DNA from: Schmidtea polychroa
Lineage: Eukaryota
Assembly: GCA_044892525.1 (NCBI GenBank)
Contig: CM097885.1
Location: 204,414,001-204,478,000 of the forward strand
Length of the DNA: 64,000 bases
Direction: 5' to 3'
This document shows, piece by piece, positions 1 through 14,436 of the stretch. The translations under genes and the position numbers were made by a program. Numbering within the stretch: position 1 is the stretch's first letter; the number at the start of each line of letters is the position of its first letter. Below the pieces are notes generated by a model. The model was not told the DNA's origin. It saw nothing but the letters and a program-made list of their open reading frames with translations, and searched no databases.

Positions 1-365
1 CTTTATTCGACCAACTGCCAATTCGCTTTTCAACCGCCCTGAAACAATAAATTTGCTATTCAACAATTATTCACTAAATTCGTGTCTAATTGTCTCAGCA
101 ACAAGTAAATTGCTCGGCCCGTCTTTGATTTTTTATTTAAACTTATTCTGATCATTTAATAATCTCTCGGGATTCCCTTATTTCTTGGCTGTGTGCATCG
201 AGTTTCCCGCAGTTCTCGGGTTTCCCATTATCTGGGGCTTTCCTCACACTGATTAATTAATTTGAATTAATTAGTTTTTATGTTATAATTTTTCCTGGGG
301 AACCCTCACTAAGTCTTTATTATTATTTCTGGACTCGTATTTCGATTTAACCTTCTACCAAACCT

Positions 366-1176
366 GTAGTGTGTTGTTATTTTTGTTATTTTGTTTTTAC
401 ATAAAATTGTAACTACGATTTGTAGTGTATTATTATTTTTGTGATTATTATGTTCATTATATTAAAAAATGTTTTAAAAGAACTATATAGTGTAATTTAC
501 TAGTGTGAATTATCACTATAGAAAATATTACAAAAAAATAAATAAGAAAATTAAAGTACCGACAGACTGAAGATTCTGGAAGTTTAACATTTGGAGAAGA
601 ATTAAATACAAAAGAAATCTCATAATTATTAAATCATACTACTCCGTTATTTTTGGTGCTATTATCCTATTGCCCATTTGCAAATTTACAAGGTGTGTTC
701 CTTTATTTTTATTTGTATATTAATAAAATCTGTTATTTATATTTTTCGTTTGTAATTTTATCATAAATTTACTTACATACAATCATCCCAGCAGTTCCAA
801 CAATTTTTTTAAAGGAGACTCTGCTGGGCTCTATTTAATTTAAATTAAATTATTAAATTTTTTTAATATAATGAACATAATATAAAATGATGATTTCTTG
901 GTAGCAGCATTTATTATTTAAAACAATAAAATGATAATTTAAGCCTTTTGCTGCAAATAATGTATTTAATGAAAAATTTTCGACTATAAGATAGAAAGTC
1001 CTTCTATCTATCTTATAGTCGAAAATTTTTTCATTAAATACATTATTTGCAGCAAAAGGCTTAAATTATCATTTTATTGTTTTAATGAACATAATAATAA
1101 CAAAAATAATAATACACTACAAATCATAGTTACAATTTCATGTAAAAACAAAATAGTAAAAATAACAACACACTCC
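366..1176. repeat. Foldback-like repeat with ~93-bp imperfect terminal inverted arms
   Basis: 366-458 (gtagtgtgttgttatttttg...tgttcatt) is the imperfect reverse complement of 1084-1176 (aatgaacataat...aacaacacactcc). Confidence 0.7.
918..1085. repeat. Near-perfect palindrome with ~77-bp arms and a 13-nt spacer
   Basis: 918-994 ttaaaacaataaaatg...cgactataagatag mirrors 1008-1085 ctatcttatagtcg...ttttattgttttaa, with one indel in an A/T run. Confidence 0.9.
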
Positions 1177-2847
1177 AATACCCATTTTCCCAATCAATAT
1201 TATTTTTCAAATTTTATAAATTTTTAATTAATATTTGCACTTTTGCCATTTTGATATTTTTATTGATTTTATATCNNNNNNNNNNNNNNNNNNNNNNNNN
1301 NNNNNNNNNNNNNNNNNNNNNNNNNNNNNNNNNNNNNNNNNNNNNNNNNNNNNNNNNNNNNNNNNNNNNNNNNNNNNNNNNNNNNNNNNNNNNNNNNNNN
1401 NNNNNNNNNNNNNNNNNNNNNNNNNNNNNNNNNNNNNNNNNNNNNNNNNNNNNNNNNNNNNNNNNNNNNNNNNNNNNNNNNNNNNNNNNNNNNNAAATAG
1501 TAGACCATATTGGCTTATAACAAATACTATTTAAAGAAAATTTATTTTCCATCTTGAATTATTGAAAGTATGCACTAATATTTTCTGTTTTCTTAAACGC
1601 GTAAAATTAAGTAAAAATTTCCTATTTTTCAGTTTAAAAATAAAGTTTTGCTGCATACAAACAAAAGGAGAACTAATTATTATACTGTTACCCTCGAATG
1701 AATTGATTAGCATGCTTCGCTGCATTTCACCACTTTGGCATGTTTTTGTTTAAATCGTCTATTGTTAACGCAACAACAAATTGAATTTGCGATTTTCAGT
1801 GTTTCAAGCATAAATCTGTCAATATTTGATATTCTTTTTTTAGGAGAAATTTTTTGAGAAAATTTTTGTTGAAATAAATAATATAAATTCAATCGACGAT
1901 TTTAATTTGATATTTAAGAAAATTTTCGAATTAACTTGCGGTAGTTTAATGCCTTTCCATGTGATGCACATTCATGTTTTTATTTAATAATTAAAACAAA
2001 ATGCGCCATATATGTGAGAAAAGGATGTACATAAAATCTACTAAAGATTATACAGCGTAAATATTGCTTGATCGTCGCTGTCGTATATGTATATATTATT
2101 TTATAAATTTTATTCAGTATATATTTTTTGATTTATATATCTCTTGAACGAGACAGAATAGTAGTGGAATGATGAGAAATAGTATTAAATGATTAATGAT
2201 CTCTAATACGTTTTTCTTCATTTTTGTTTAAAATGTAATTTGTAAAAAAGCATTTCTGTGAGAGTTTGACATTTTTTAGCTTTGAAAATATTTTTATTAC
2301 ATATTAGCTATTTTTCTGTGCAGTGCAGGATTTACGTATAAGCTATAACAAGCTTAAGGCCAAACTTTCTTGAGGACCCCAAAAAAGATTTTTTGAATGA
2401 GCAATTTTTGCACGATTACATGACCTTCTCATCAAGGGTATAAAGTAAAAAGTGTAAATCTGGCTCTCCATCTGAGGCTCGTCGTTTGGGAACCTTGTTT
2501 TGAAATTAACTTTTTTATAAATTATAATGAGTGCAACTTTGGTGAGAAGTCCTTTTAATAATGAGTATGGTTACATAACATTTAAACGCCGGCCTTAAAT
2601 ACAACTTAGATATTTGCAGTGATAGATAGACAACTCGTTTTAAACACTCAACTTAATCATAAAATATAGGTAAATCATCTTTAAAAACGGTATAAGTTTT
2701 TAGCAATATGAATGTATTAAATAGCATTTGAAAAAACCAGTACTGAAATATTGTGTTAATTAGTAAAAAACATTGATTTATAGTCGAAATCTAAGAAGTG
2801 ACAAATGTCATTCTATAAGATATTGAATTGAAATTGGTCATCTAGAT

Positions 2848-3057
2848 CAGTACTTTCCAAAATGGTGGTTCGGTGATCGGTTTTGGTCCATGAGACCTGC
2901 ATTTTCGATCTGTACCGTGGGTCAAGAAACTGATTTAAAACAGTTGGCCTAATATAAATTTGACCAAGCATGCAATTATATAATTTTTCATATAATAAGG
3001 AAAATAATTAATAAAATTGACACTGGTTTTCCAAACTGAAAAGTCTGGGAATCACTG
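2848..3057. mobile_element. hAT (Charlie-like) MITE
   Basis: Ends cagtactttccaaa...tgggaatcactg; 8-bp TSD atctagat / atctaaat (one mismatch), matching the Charlie-type NTCTAGAN target. Confidence 0.7.
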
Positions 3058-4719
3058 ATCTAAATTACTTCATTGGAATGGGGTGGTTATCGGTGATTTG
3101 TACTGTGAAACTAATTAAGAAAAGATTTTATTAATTTATTTGCAAAATCAACATTTACAGTTGTTATTTTATAACATAAAATTGGTTTCGTTACGGCGGA
3201 ATTCATGGGACATATAATTTGATTGTTCAATATTTAATTATTTTCTAAAATCCGTCAAATACAACCTGTTAGTAATTTGAAATTAGTAATTAGTTAGTAA
3301 TTTGAAATTTGATTTAATAAACGTCATGTAATGATTTGAATGTATGTATTGTAATAATGTAATAATTAGTTTTAATAAATTGTTTGACCTCATTGTTATT
3401 CAATTTTATCGATTAATAAAACATTTTCAAAAAAATTGTATTGTGTATCTTTTATAAAATTTAATAAGTTTAATGATTATGAAAGTAACTAATGTAATTA
3501 ACTAACGTAAATTATCAAATTAATTAATTATTAATAACCAATAGTTAACAAATTAATGATAAATGAAACAATTGGGATAATTAATAATAGAAGTTGAATA
3601 AAAGAAGACGGTATTACCGGTAAAAACCAGTAATACCGTCGATAGAAATATTTGTTTCGGTAATACCGGTATTGCAAAAGTTGGTATTTTTGGAATCCCT
3701 AATTTCCTTGTAAGTTATTCTTTTTAATTGATTCATTTATTGATGCAATAAATTGTTTTCTATTCTTTGATTTTACTCAACAATGTCCTGATAATTTGGA
3801 AGCCATTTTTTCAATGATAAAGTTTAAAAAGCAAATTTAAATTATAATTTAATTAATCATATCATTCAAACAAAAAGGCTTACTAGTAATAAAATTTCTT
3901 AACCAATTAAGTACAGAAAATGTATTTAGATTTTAAAATGATATGTGTACGATTTGAGGGACATATTTCTTTTACTTTAATTAAAAAATTATTTACTTGC
4001 AAAAGAATTTTGTCAACAATTTAACAATGTTCAATGTTTAACTATGTATCAGAAGGGAGTAAATGATACCCAATAAGTTTCGGATTATAAATTCGAAAAC
4101 AAATCTATCATGAAAATGATGAAATTTTTTTTAAAAATTATAATTGTAAATTTTTCAAAAATTTAAGTTAATCCTGATGCTTGAAAATACTGAATCCCAA
4201 CAAATAAGAAATTTAGATGGNNNNNNNNNNNNNNNNNNNNNNNNNNNNNNNNNNNNNNNNNNNNNNNNNNNNNNNNNNNNNNNNNNNNNNNNNNNNNNNN
4301 NNNNNNNNNNNNNNNNNNNNNNNNNNNNNNNNNNNNNNNNNNNNNNNNNNNNNNNNNNNNNNNNNNNNNNNNNNNNNNNNNNNNNNCAAATATTTATTTA
4401 TTTGTTGTTATTTTAATAAATGAAATTTCAAGCTAAAATTTCTCAGTTAATCGAATTTCAATGTTTGTAGTGATTTTCCCATTTTCAATTTTCGTTTAAT
4501 CTGAGAATAATAAAATTTATTTTACCACCAGACAAATGTTGAGGAGAATATTTGCTTTCCTTAATCTTGTATTTGCATTAGATTTTATTGTAAATAATTA
4601 TATTGTTTTGGAATCAACGAAAAAGTTTAACTGTTGTTTGACCTTTTAGTCTAGTTGCTACATTTCCTGCCAGCGCTGCCCTATTTGATATGGTTAAATT
4701 ATTCCAATCACTATACTGA

Positions 4720-5560
4720 CTTCATTGTATATTTTTAACTCAATTAGTTTACAAACACATACAGAAACGCGGCTGATACTGGTCTTTATACTACTTCTGA
4801 GAGCTTTTATGAATATAAATACAAGCGAAATATGGTGAGAGGATTAGTTTTTCGTACACGGTTTTTATCATCCACGTTTATCAATTCAGTGAAAAGTATT
4901 GATTCTTCGGTTATGTTGCTTCTTAAAAATGAATATTCTTAATCTTTTCTCGATGGCATGACAAAAGAGACCGTTGATTAATGGATGTTGAATACTCATA
5001 ATCCTTGCACGGGTTTTTCTGAAAGTAATGATCTTATCTTTGATGTTGAAGTTAATATGTTGTCAAGTTCGGAAGGTGAAAAAATCAGATTTAAGCACAC
5101 TGATCAAAAATATGTATTAACCTTATATTCTGAAGGTTTCAGAGAATTCAAGCATAAGATCCTTAAACATGTCGATAAGACTATATTTAGGATTGTTTCA
5201 ACGTCTTGCAAGGTTGGTACGATGTTCACTAATTCTCCAACTTCTCTTCACTAAGTCTCCAACTCTAGTTGGTCTGTGTTCAGAACCCGTGTATCAAATT
5301 TCATGTAATGGGTGTAATGCCACATCCGTTGGAGAGACTGCCCGTCATCTTCGATGGAATGGATTGACCCATATTATTGATCATTTTAGGAAGTTTACCA
5401 GTGAAAAATAAGTATTTCTAGATTTTAAGAACTTGTCGAAGAGTTTGAGTAATTACTGGGAACGGGTAACTGCGAGGCGTTGTTAATTAGATCTTTAAAT
5501 CCTATAATTAATATTCAAAGTTCCCAAAATACAAGGATTTTGAATGTATTTAAATAATTT
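4720..5560 (+). mobile_element. Penelope-like retroelement 3' fragment (RT thumb plus GIY-YIG endonuclease), degenerate
   Basis: RKAADTGLYTTSESFYEYKYKRNMVRGLVF (PLE RT thumb-like), VYQISCNGCNATSVGETARHL (GIY-YIG-like), EALLIRSLNPIINIQ; broken by frameshifts. Confidence 0.8.
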
Positions 5561-5831
5561 AACTTGTATGTTTAATATATGGGATGATGTTTTTGTTTGT
5601 TTAATTTTTTGTTTTTTAATTTTTAATTTTTAAATTTAATTTTTATATTAATTTTAAAAAATAATTTTGTATGAGAAAGTTAAAAATTTTGTGCGTTGTT
5701 TAAAATTAAAATAATTTTTATATGATTAAAAAGTGTTTTTTAAAAAATCTTTTTGATAGAGTTTAATTATGATTATTATTTGTTAATTTGTTTGAATATT
5801 CTTATTTTCATTTAGTTGTGAGTAATACGAT

Positions 5832-5878
5832 TCTTAGCCTGAACAAGACTGTTAAACGGTCGAAATATATAGCAATGT
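5832..5878 (+). ncRNA. Degenerate minimal type I hammerhead ribozyme in the PLE pseudo-LTR
   Basis: ctgaaca-a-gactg-ttaaa-cggtc-gaaa-tatata: stem II intact, GAAA core present, CUGANGA core mutated at G8, stem I weak; just downstream of the PLE ORF. Confidence 0.45.
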
Positions 5879-7592
5879 TATGTTTTAATGTTCTTTGATT
5901 AATTCTTATTATTATTTTCATATTAATATTATTATTCTTATTATTGTTGTTATTAAAATATTTTATTAAAATAAGATTAATAAAAATATTTTCGTCATTT
6001 AAAAATTCATCTTGGCATGAAACAGCTTCATTTAGCAAATATTTCAATTTCATTAAAATGAAATGATTTACAATTAGGATTTGTAAATTTCATTTCTTTA
6101 TATTTTGTCGAAATTCAGTGGGGCGCCATCTTCAATTGAAGCGATTGACAAAGAAATAATTGAAAAGAATCTTTTTAAGAACGAAAATTAATTTGGTTTT
6201 TGCTTTAACTTGCTCACAGTTTCCTTCCCTATCAGGGAATATGAGAATAAATTTTTCCAATCACTTTTGTTGAAGTTTTTCTTATAAAATAAAATAAAAT
6301 TAATCTACTTCCATAATAATTGAGTAACAGGAACAACAAGGGGGCTATTAGATTCATCAATCTTAATAAAGCAAGTTTTAAAGTCTCATAATGACAAGAA
6401 ACCTAAGTATAAAGGTTTTTTAGGTTGAACAATATTTTATCATGTTTTTTTACTATTTCATCTATTCACATTTTTATTTTGAAAAAATATTTATTTAGAT
6501 TCAATTTAGTAGAGAATTATTTGTTTTGATTTATTAGAAAATTGACTAAAAATCTGTAAAGATATCAATGTTTTTTTATATCTTTACTGATTCATGGTCA
6601 GTGTTTTCATGTCAATATCGGATAATTATTTATATAATAATATTTGCCTAAACTTATATAACGCTATTATAATTATTTATTTATTTATTTATTTATTTAG
6701 TTATTTATTTATTTATTTATCTAATAATTACCGTCATATGAATGTCCGTACGTTTGTACGTTGGTCACACCAAGGTCTAGTTTCAATTAGTACAAGGTAA
6801 TTTGATTATTACAGACTAAATTTATTTATTTCTGATGCATTTTCAGATGACTTTTGATGAAACAATTCTTTTCTTAATTTTTTAATTGGTAATGATTTGA
6901 TAGTACAAGAAAGATGAAGATCAGATGTCAGTTCATATTATCAATGGTGAATTAGACCTTTTGTTNNNNNNNNNNNNNNNNNNNNNNNNNNNNNNNNNNN
7001 NNNNNNNNNNNNNNNNNNNNNNNNNNNNNNNNNNNNNNNNNNNNNNNNNNNNNNNNNNNNNNNNNNNNNNNNNNNNNNNNNNNNNNNNNNNNNNNNNNNN
7101 NNNNNNNNNNNNNNNNNNGATATCTGATGCCAAAGTAGGTTCTTGGGAAAATACATTTTGTCATTAAATTCATGTCAATCAAATTTTCATATCAATTATC
7201 AACTGTTTCGGTTACAGCTTCGATAGATAGACTTAGTGAAATTGAATAAATTTTGCATCATTTGAGAGAGAAAAGTGGATTTCTCGATAAAATTGGAATA
7301 AAAATGTCATGCTGTTCTTAAAAAATAAAAGGTATGTTAATTTTTTAATTACATAACAAATAAGGGACAGGCGCATCTATGCTGTAAATTTTATGCTAAT
7401 ATTATCTTTTTTACGGCCTTTCTTATGTTTAAATTTCAGCTTTAGTTAATTAGTAATTATTATTTCCTAGCAGCGTATAAATCAAAACACATAATTTTCT
7501 ATATGAAATACTTAATAATTAATAAGTATTTATTTTAAGCTTTGAAATAGCGTTACAGCCATACATTGTTACATTGAAAGTTATGTATTTAG

Positions 7593-7653
<61 letters not shown>
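7593..7653. repeat. (ATT)n microsatellite
   Basis: About 20 perfect ATT units. Confidence 0.95.
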
Positions 7654-7654
<1 letters not shown>

Positions 7655-9484
7655 AACTAATTGTGATAATTAATTAATAATTAATGATAATAATTAATTA
7701 ATTAATCATTTTGTTTTAATATCATCACTTTCACAAAAAGCCAGTTTTTAGAAAACAATTTGTTTCAAGAGAATTTTGAAGTGAAAATAAATATTTATCT
7801 TTATTTCGCGTTTATTTCCTCAAATTATTTATATTATTATTAGTATAGCATATGTAAATATGACAAATTTATTAAATATTAATGGAAAAATAAGTTTAAT
7901 TAAATAAATTGCATGAATAATTTTTCGTTGATCAAATTCATTGTTAAAATTAAATGGGATTGAAATTAAAACGTCATCTCCAAAGATTGAAACTAGGACA
8001 ATCTAATTCATTGAGAAATGTCAGATATTTCTTGGAAATTGCCAGGAAAGACAACTGAGGATTAAAAAGGTGTTGAATAATAATGATCAGTTCATTTGAG
8101 ATATGAACAAAACCTAATCAAATAATTGAACGGCTACGTATTCGACATTCATTAGAATAGATGTTGCCCCGGTTTCCGTATCTGTTAATTGGGATCATTC
8201 TTTTAGCTTATTCTGTTATTAAGATTTTGTCTGTGATTTAGTCGAGAAAGAATAATTTATTTTCAAAGCCGAACAATCAGTTGAAAATTATTTTTTATTT
8301 TTTTTTACTCAATAAGATTTGAGATTGCCTTCCGTTAGACAGAGATTAAATCTGATTTTTCTGTGACAATTCTCCATTTCATTTCTCGTTTCAGATATAT
8401 ATTCAAGATTAAACTGTAATTCCTGTTTTGATCTGAGCAAAGAATACTCATGAAATTATTAATTATACGGATAATTAATTAAATTTATTAAAATCAACTG
8501 AAAACTATATTGAAAACCTTTTGGTTTATTTGCTTATTTTTATTACTAAAAAGATATTGAAGGTATTTAACAAAAAGCTTGTGAGGGTATTTGTGTCACC
8601 ATTCAGTTATTGGGGTACCGAGTATGGCATCTTTAACATTGATGAAATATATTGTAATATAGATGTCAAACTTGTTAACAGCATTTTATATGTAAAACAA
8701 TAGTCTATATGTTACTGTTAAAATAAATAATACTTTATTCTTTGAAATAAATATTATTCTATTTGTCTCTTATTATGCATCATAAGTAAAAACATTTATT
8801 TATTGGTCACTTTTGATCTGATTTTATTTTCTTTTAAAATTTTATTTATATTCGTTTTGATTATAAATCAGATCACAAATATTTAATATTTATCACTGCC
8901 TTGCTCAAATATTAGAACAACGCATGAAGAAAGCAATGCTGAAAATGTGTGTTAAATAGAAAAAAACATTGATCTGTTGTCAAACTGAAGATAAATGAAA
9001 TTTTAACAAAATATTTTATTTTTAAATTTATTTATATTTATTATTAAAATAATTATTTTTGTAAATTTTTTATATATGAGATTTCTACAGTAAAGCAATA
9101 TAAGTATTATATAACCTTAATATCGAGAACCGGTATTTCGTGAAATACCAAATCATTACATATAATATCGGCATTAAATACTTCGATAGTAACGTATAAT
9201 ATAAATGACAAATGAATAATTAACCAAATATTATGTAATAATGTAATAATTATCGCTTATTTAATGCTAATTATGTGTTTAATATACAGTGAAAAAAGAT
9301 TAAAAGATTGATACTGAACAGTGAGTCTTGGCCAGATATAACATGAGACTTTGATAATCAAGAAAGCAGGAAACTACGGGAATTTGTAGAAACAACAAAA
9401 GATCTGTTTTAAATCCTAACTGAGAATATATTGCCGCTTATAAATATGCCATTTGTACAAATTTAATAATAATTTACATCTTAC

Positions 9485-10175
9485 CTATTTGATGAGCAAG
9501 TTCCTGTAAGTGTCATTATATTTTGTCGTACGCGGCCCAGTCTGGCAAGTATAATGGCTAATGGAGTGACAATAGAAGATTCAGAAACCTTCGTACAAAC
9601 TGACATTGAATGCCGCCGAGGATATCCACGAGAATTGATAGGACTGATAGTCATATTGAAATTGATCATTTGATTATCTATTAAGCAGTTTTTATCAACA
9701 GACGCAAGAGTTTCCTTGATATGCTTGTCTTTTTCCTCTTCTATGATGTGATTGGCTTCGACTATTGAATTGTCATTTGTTAATGGGGTTGATTCATTGC
9801 ATAAATTGGGCTCAGTTAAAGTGATATCTTTGTCTAAATTAGTTCTGCCCGGTGTCAAATTAAACACGACTTGTCGTTTACGATGGGGAAAACAAGATTT
9901 GAAACGTCGCCGATGAGTTTTCATTGGAATTGTCGAAACGGTTTGTGTTCGGCTCTCATCCGATGAATGGTGGAGATCTTGATGAAGAAGTTGAACATAT
10001 CCAGCTGACGAGCGACGACGTCCTTCGAATAATTCGCAAACATTTGCATGAAGATCTGCAGCCGAAGAATCAGTTTTACTTTTTGATAACGATATATTCT
10101 CATTTGGTTTTTGTGGACATCCACAGAGACACCACATAGTCCTTTTATACTCACGTTTTCCACTGTTATATTCCA
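9485..10175 (-). CDS. PDE4: Exon of a PDE4/dunce-like cAMP phosphodiesterase (N-terminus plus UCR1)
   Basis: RRHS...IVTPLAIILARLGRVRQNI resembles PDE4 UCR1 (RRES...IVTPFAQVLASLRTVRNNF); acceptor tttag before 10175, donor ag/gtaag after 9485; in-frame ATG at 10137. Downstream exons not identified. Confidence 0.65.
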
Positions 10176-10566
10176 CTAAAAATCATTTTTATCTACAGAA
10201 AATGTGAAATAAAAGAAAATTAGGTGAAATTGTAATGAATGAATTATTTTTCAGGTCTACTTTTGAAGCTGTCTTTAACGAGAGAGAGTTAGTTTTTCAT
10301 CCAATGAGATTTGCTAAATTTTGTAAATTCAGTTTTTTCTTTGATTTTTTATCATCTCTGACAATGATAGATTTTAGAGAGAATTTCCAAGCAGAATTTT
10401 ACATACACAGATATATAACAAGTGTAGAAATGTATTTTAGAAACTTTGAAAATGAATTCTCACTTGAAAATAATCGTAAGTCTTTAAATTCGGTTTTTGT
10501 ATGTCTTTTTAAGTTAAAATTTCAAATTTTGTTTTAATCGGGTATTATTAATTGCAAGATATGTAT

Positions 10567-12995
10567 ATAGGTAACCCCCGTTCAATGCGGGGGATATGTT
10601 CTGGACATGATCGCGTTAAGCGAAATATCGCGACCAATGGTAGATTTTTGAAATAAAACATTTTAAGACTCGAAAAACTTTATATTTATTAAACTTTAAC
10701 CGGACATAATTTTTTTGTAACATAAACGGATAGAAGAGCTCAAAGGACTCTTAAGCTGAAAGTTTAATGAATACATAAGAAATTCCCTAAAATTATAATT
10801 ATAAAATCTTTTTTTAAACAAAAATAACATAATTCAAGCCATACATATTTCATGGAAATAAAAAAAAAATAATACATATGAAACAAAACCAAACATTAAT
10901 TCATAAAAAACAAGAACATTGAACTTATCAAATACAAACAATACATACAACACAAATTATTATTTTTCAAGCAATTTTGGCAAAGAACTGTATTTTGTGA
11001 ATGTTCTTTGCATACATTCCTGTTACAAGTGACGCAATACTGCTTGGATCTATGGCCAACTGCATTCGGGCATATATAAAAAAATTTCTAATAAATTAAA
11101 AGTACTTTACATTTTTTTCGCATTATCGGGGAATCCCTTTTTAAATTTTTCTTGTGAAATTTAAGTTTTTCTATATAATTTTATTTGATGAGCTTTCGGA
11201 ATCATCTGTCCGTTTATGTTATTTTTTTTATTTTTCGAAAATACTTTTTTTTAAAAAATTCGAAAAAATTCGAATATTCTTTTAAGAAAATTCATGATTC
11301 GTTAAAAAATGTGCAAAAAATTAAATTTGAATTAGTATTTCAATTTTGGTTTACGTATGGTTAAAAAAAGAGTCCAAAAAACTCTTTTGTCCGGTTAAAG
11401 GTTAAATAAACATTAGAATAACATTAAGAATAAAAAATTAAATAAACATTGAAAATAACATTAAGAATTTAAAAAAAAATACAATGGATAACTTAATAAT
11501 TTATTCATTTTTCTCGGCGTTGTATAAAGGAATCTAGATTCCCTTGTTTGGCTTCTCTACGTTTATTGCGCAAAATTTGCCGATAACCATTAAGCAATAC
11601 ATTACAGCCACGTTTAACAGCATTTACTCGCTCGTAATCTTTATCATTATCTTCTAAAAACTCCATGCATTGATTGTGAAGAAAAAGGGCCTTTTCGATA
11701 GTTTTTACAGTCAAATTTCTGAGTGGAATAGGTTCATTTTCTAGGGGTGTATGACAATCCATTTCATGTAGCTCTTCATTGATCAAGGGTTCACCCTGTC
11801 ATTTTAACAAAGTATGGATATAATCTTCATCAACACTTTCGATGCCTCCGGAAATGGCTAGACGACTAATCTCTTCGATAACATTATTTTCATAATTGCA
11901 GTGAATTTCAGTAATTTCACTGAACAATCGTTTCCAAGCACCCTTCATACACGACTTGGTGACTTCATTCCACGCTTTGTCGATATTTCTGATGGCTTTT
12001 CTGCATGGCATCTTTACCACCTCCATCAGTTTCATTAATGAGTTGACGCATAGTTTCTCTTAAATAATAAGCTTTGAAGGCTGATATTGTGTCTTGATTC
12101 ATAGGCTGTAAGATGGAAGTGGTATTCAGAGGTAAAAATACCACTTCAATGGGAAAATCATTGCAGAGCGTCTCAACTTCCAAAGAATGTCCTGGCGCAT
12201 TTTCCAGCATTAGAAGAGCTCGAGGCTGAACTCCAATATCCTCGCAATATTTTTTTATTGCTGGGCAAAAACAAGTTCTGAACCAGTCCATAAATAAAAT
12301 TTGTGTCATCCAAGCCTTACGGTTGCTTCGCCAAAAAACTGGTAAAAACTGTTTAGAATAACCGTTTATGGCACGAGGATTTTCTGGTTGGTAAATCAGC
12401 AAAGGTTTTAATTTTAAATTTCCGGATGCATTTTCACCGAGAAGAAGAGTTTAACGGTCCTTGGATGTTTAAACCCAGAAGCAGTCTTCTCCTGTATTGA
12501 AATAAATATACGCGACGACATTTGTTTCCAATAAAGTCCAGTTTCATCCACATTAAAAATTAAATTTGTTGGATAATTTCCCCTTTCAACAATTTTCCGG
12601 AACTCCATTGGATATTTTTCAGCAGATTTCATGTCAGCACTAGCCGATTCACCAATCATTTTAATATAATGCAAGTTTGATCGTTTTCTAAACCGATCAA
12701 ACCAAAATTTGTTTGCTTTAAATATTTTATCTCCTACATGTTGAGATTTTAAATGATCCCAAAGACTAAGTGATTTAGTCATTATGATTTGAGTATTAAT
12801 AGTCATGTGGTTTTGATTCAGATCCTCTATCTATTTGCTTAATAAATTCCGCATTTCCGTCATCAAAAATCTTCTGGTTCGTGAAACTTTCGTCGCTGTT
12901 ATTGGAGTAACACTCTCACCAGCCTTTTTAATTTTATCTTTTTGTCCCACAATTGTTCGCACTGTAGACTGGGCTTGAATACAGTGACATTTAGA
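10567..12995 (-). mobile_element. Tigger/pogo DNA transposon with pseudogenised transposase
   Basis: CENP-B-like HTH (FKANKFWFDRFRKR), IFNVDETGLYWK, WRSNRKAWMT, LLMLENAPGH, FLPLNTTSILQPMNQ; frameshifts; Tigger-like terminus ta-taggtaacccccg...gcgggggatatgttc at 10567; 5' end lost. Confidence 0.9.
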
Positions 12996-13934
12996 TTCAG
13001 TAAGATTGTTAAGTCTACCACATTTAGAACTTAGCATTGTAAAATCTAGAGATACCGAAGACAAAATGATATTCACATTTATTTGCGATATTTTAATAGA
13101 ATTATCAATAGTCTCCTTTAACATACAATCAACAAATATTTTCCAATTATTTCTAAAGTTTATGATTTTTTTTTTATTTTCAACTATCGCCAAATTTCTC
13201 TATCTTATAAAGTATTACCGATTAATAGTTATGTAAAAGATGAATATTATGAAAGCTATTAAGTTTTAAAGGAATGAAATACAGTAACTTTGCATGTAAT
13301 GTGACAAGTTAGAGCCTCTAATAATTGAAAGGTGCAGGCCACCTCGCTATTTCAAGAATGTCAAAGATTGAAAAGTAAACTATAATTATAGAAATTCTAA
13401 GAAACCATGGATGAATACATCAATTTTTATTGAATGGTGGATTTAATCAAAAAAATGTTTGTAAGAGAGGAAGCCACATTCTTTCAGTTGTTCATAATGC
13501 ATCATTGTACTAGGAAACTATCTCATATATGTATAAATGTGGATACTAGTAAGAAGGCAGAAATTTGATCTTCAGAATAAGCAAATTGGCCTGATGTGCT
13601 TAATGAGATTTTGCAAGTAAAATAAGAATTTGGTAAAGAAATTATGGAGCTTTTAAGGAACTGTTTAATTGAAGAAATGATAAGTAATGAGACAAAATGA
13701 GATAAAGACCATTCAATCAACATTGTTGTTTATAGGATTAAATGATATTTCCAAAAATATTTTAATAATAAAATAATATTTATTTATCAGCGTAATTTTT
13801 TTCATTTTATATACAGAAAAAGCTTTTTTAGCGAAACAGAAATTACTTGAACATTTTCCTCCTTTATTCAAAGTCGACTATACAACGAAAACATAAACAG
13901 TATAGATTAAAAATATACAGAAAATCAACTTATA

Positions 13935-14078
13935 CCGTTAATCCTCGTATATAAATCGCACTTGTATAGCTGATTTTAAAACCAAAAAAGGGGAGGTGCG
14001 ACTTTTACATGGTGTATAAAAATATCACAACTTTCCCGGTCTAAAGTAGGACTACAACTTATTCATGAGGATTTACCG
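13935..14078. mobile_element. Degenerate Tc1/mariner-type MITE
   Basis: ta-ccgttaatcctcgtatataa ... cttattcatgaggatttaccg-ta: imperfect TIR with TA TSD. Confidence 0.5.
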
Positions 14079-14436
14079 TACTTCTATTGATAGCATTCGT
14101 GAATTTATATTAATGTGCTTGATTTTAAAATTCTATCTAAAAGCTTAAACAACCATTGGAAAAAGATGTTTGTGATGCATTGATTATAATATCTTTTGAT
14201 CCTAAAATCAATGATTACCGTTTTCAATAAATTGATTTTGTTTGTTTTGATTTTTTATTGATTTTTTATTTGTTTTTATTTGATTGGCTTTTATTCTGAT
14301 TGGTTTAATTTAACACACGCGATTGCAGAGCGATTGTTTATTGTGTAAATACAAATATCTTTTATATAGACTGACAATATTTGGAAGGCGACAGTTTATA
14401 CTTCAAAGATTTATGTTTGTAGGATAACTGTAAATA

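Noticed and set aside
7960-8450. Possible downstream PDE exons on the minus strand (FLNELDCPSFNLW)
   Set aside because: An in-frame stop follows immediately and there are no matching splice sites; not supportable
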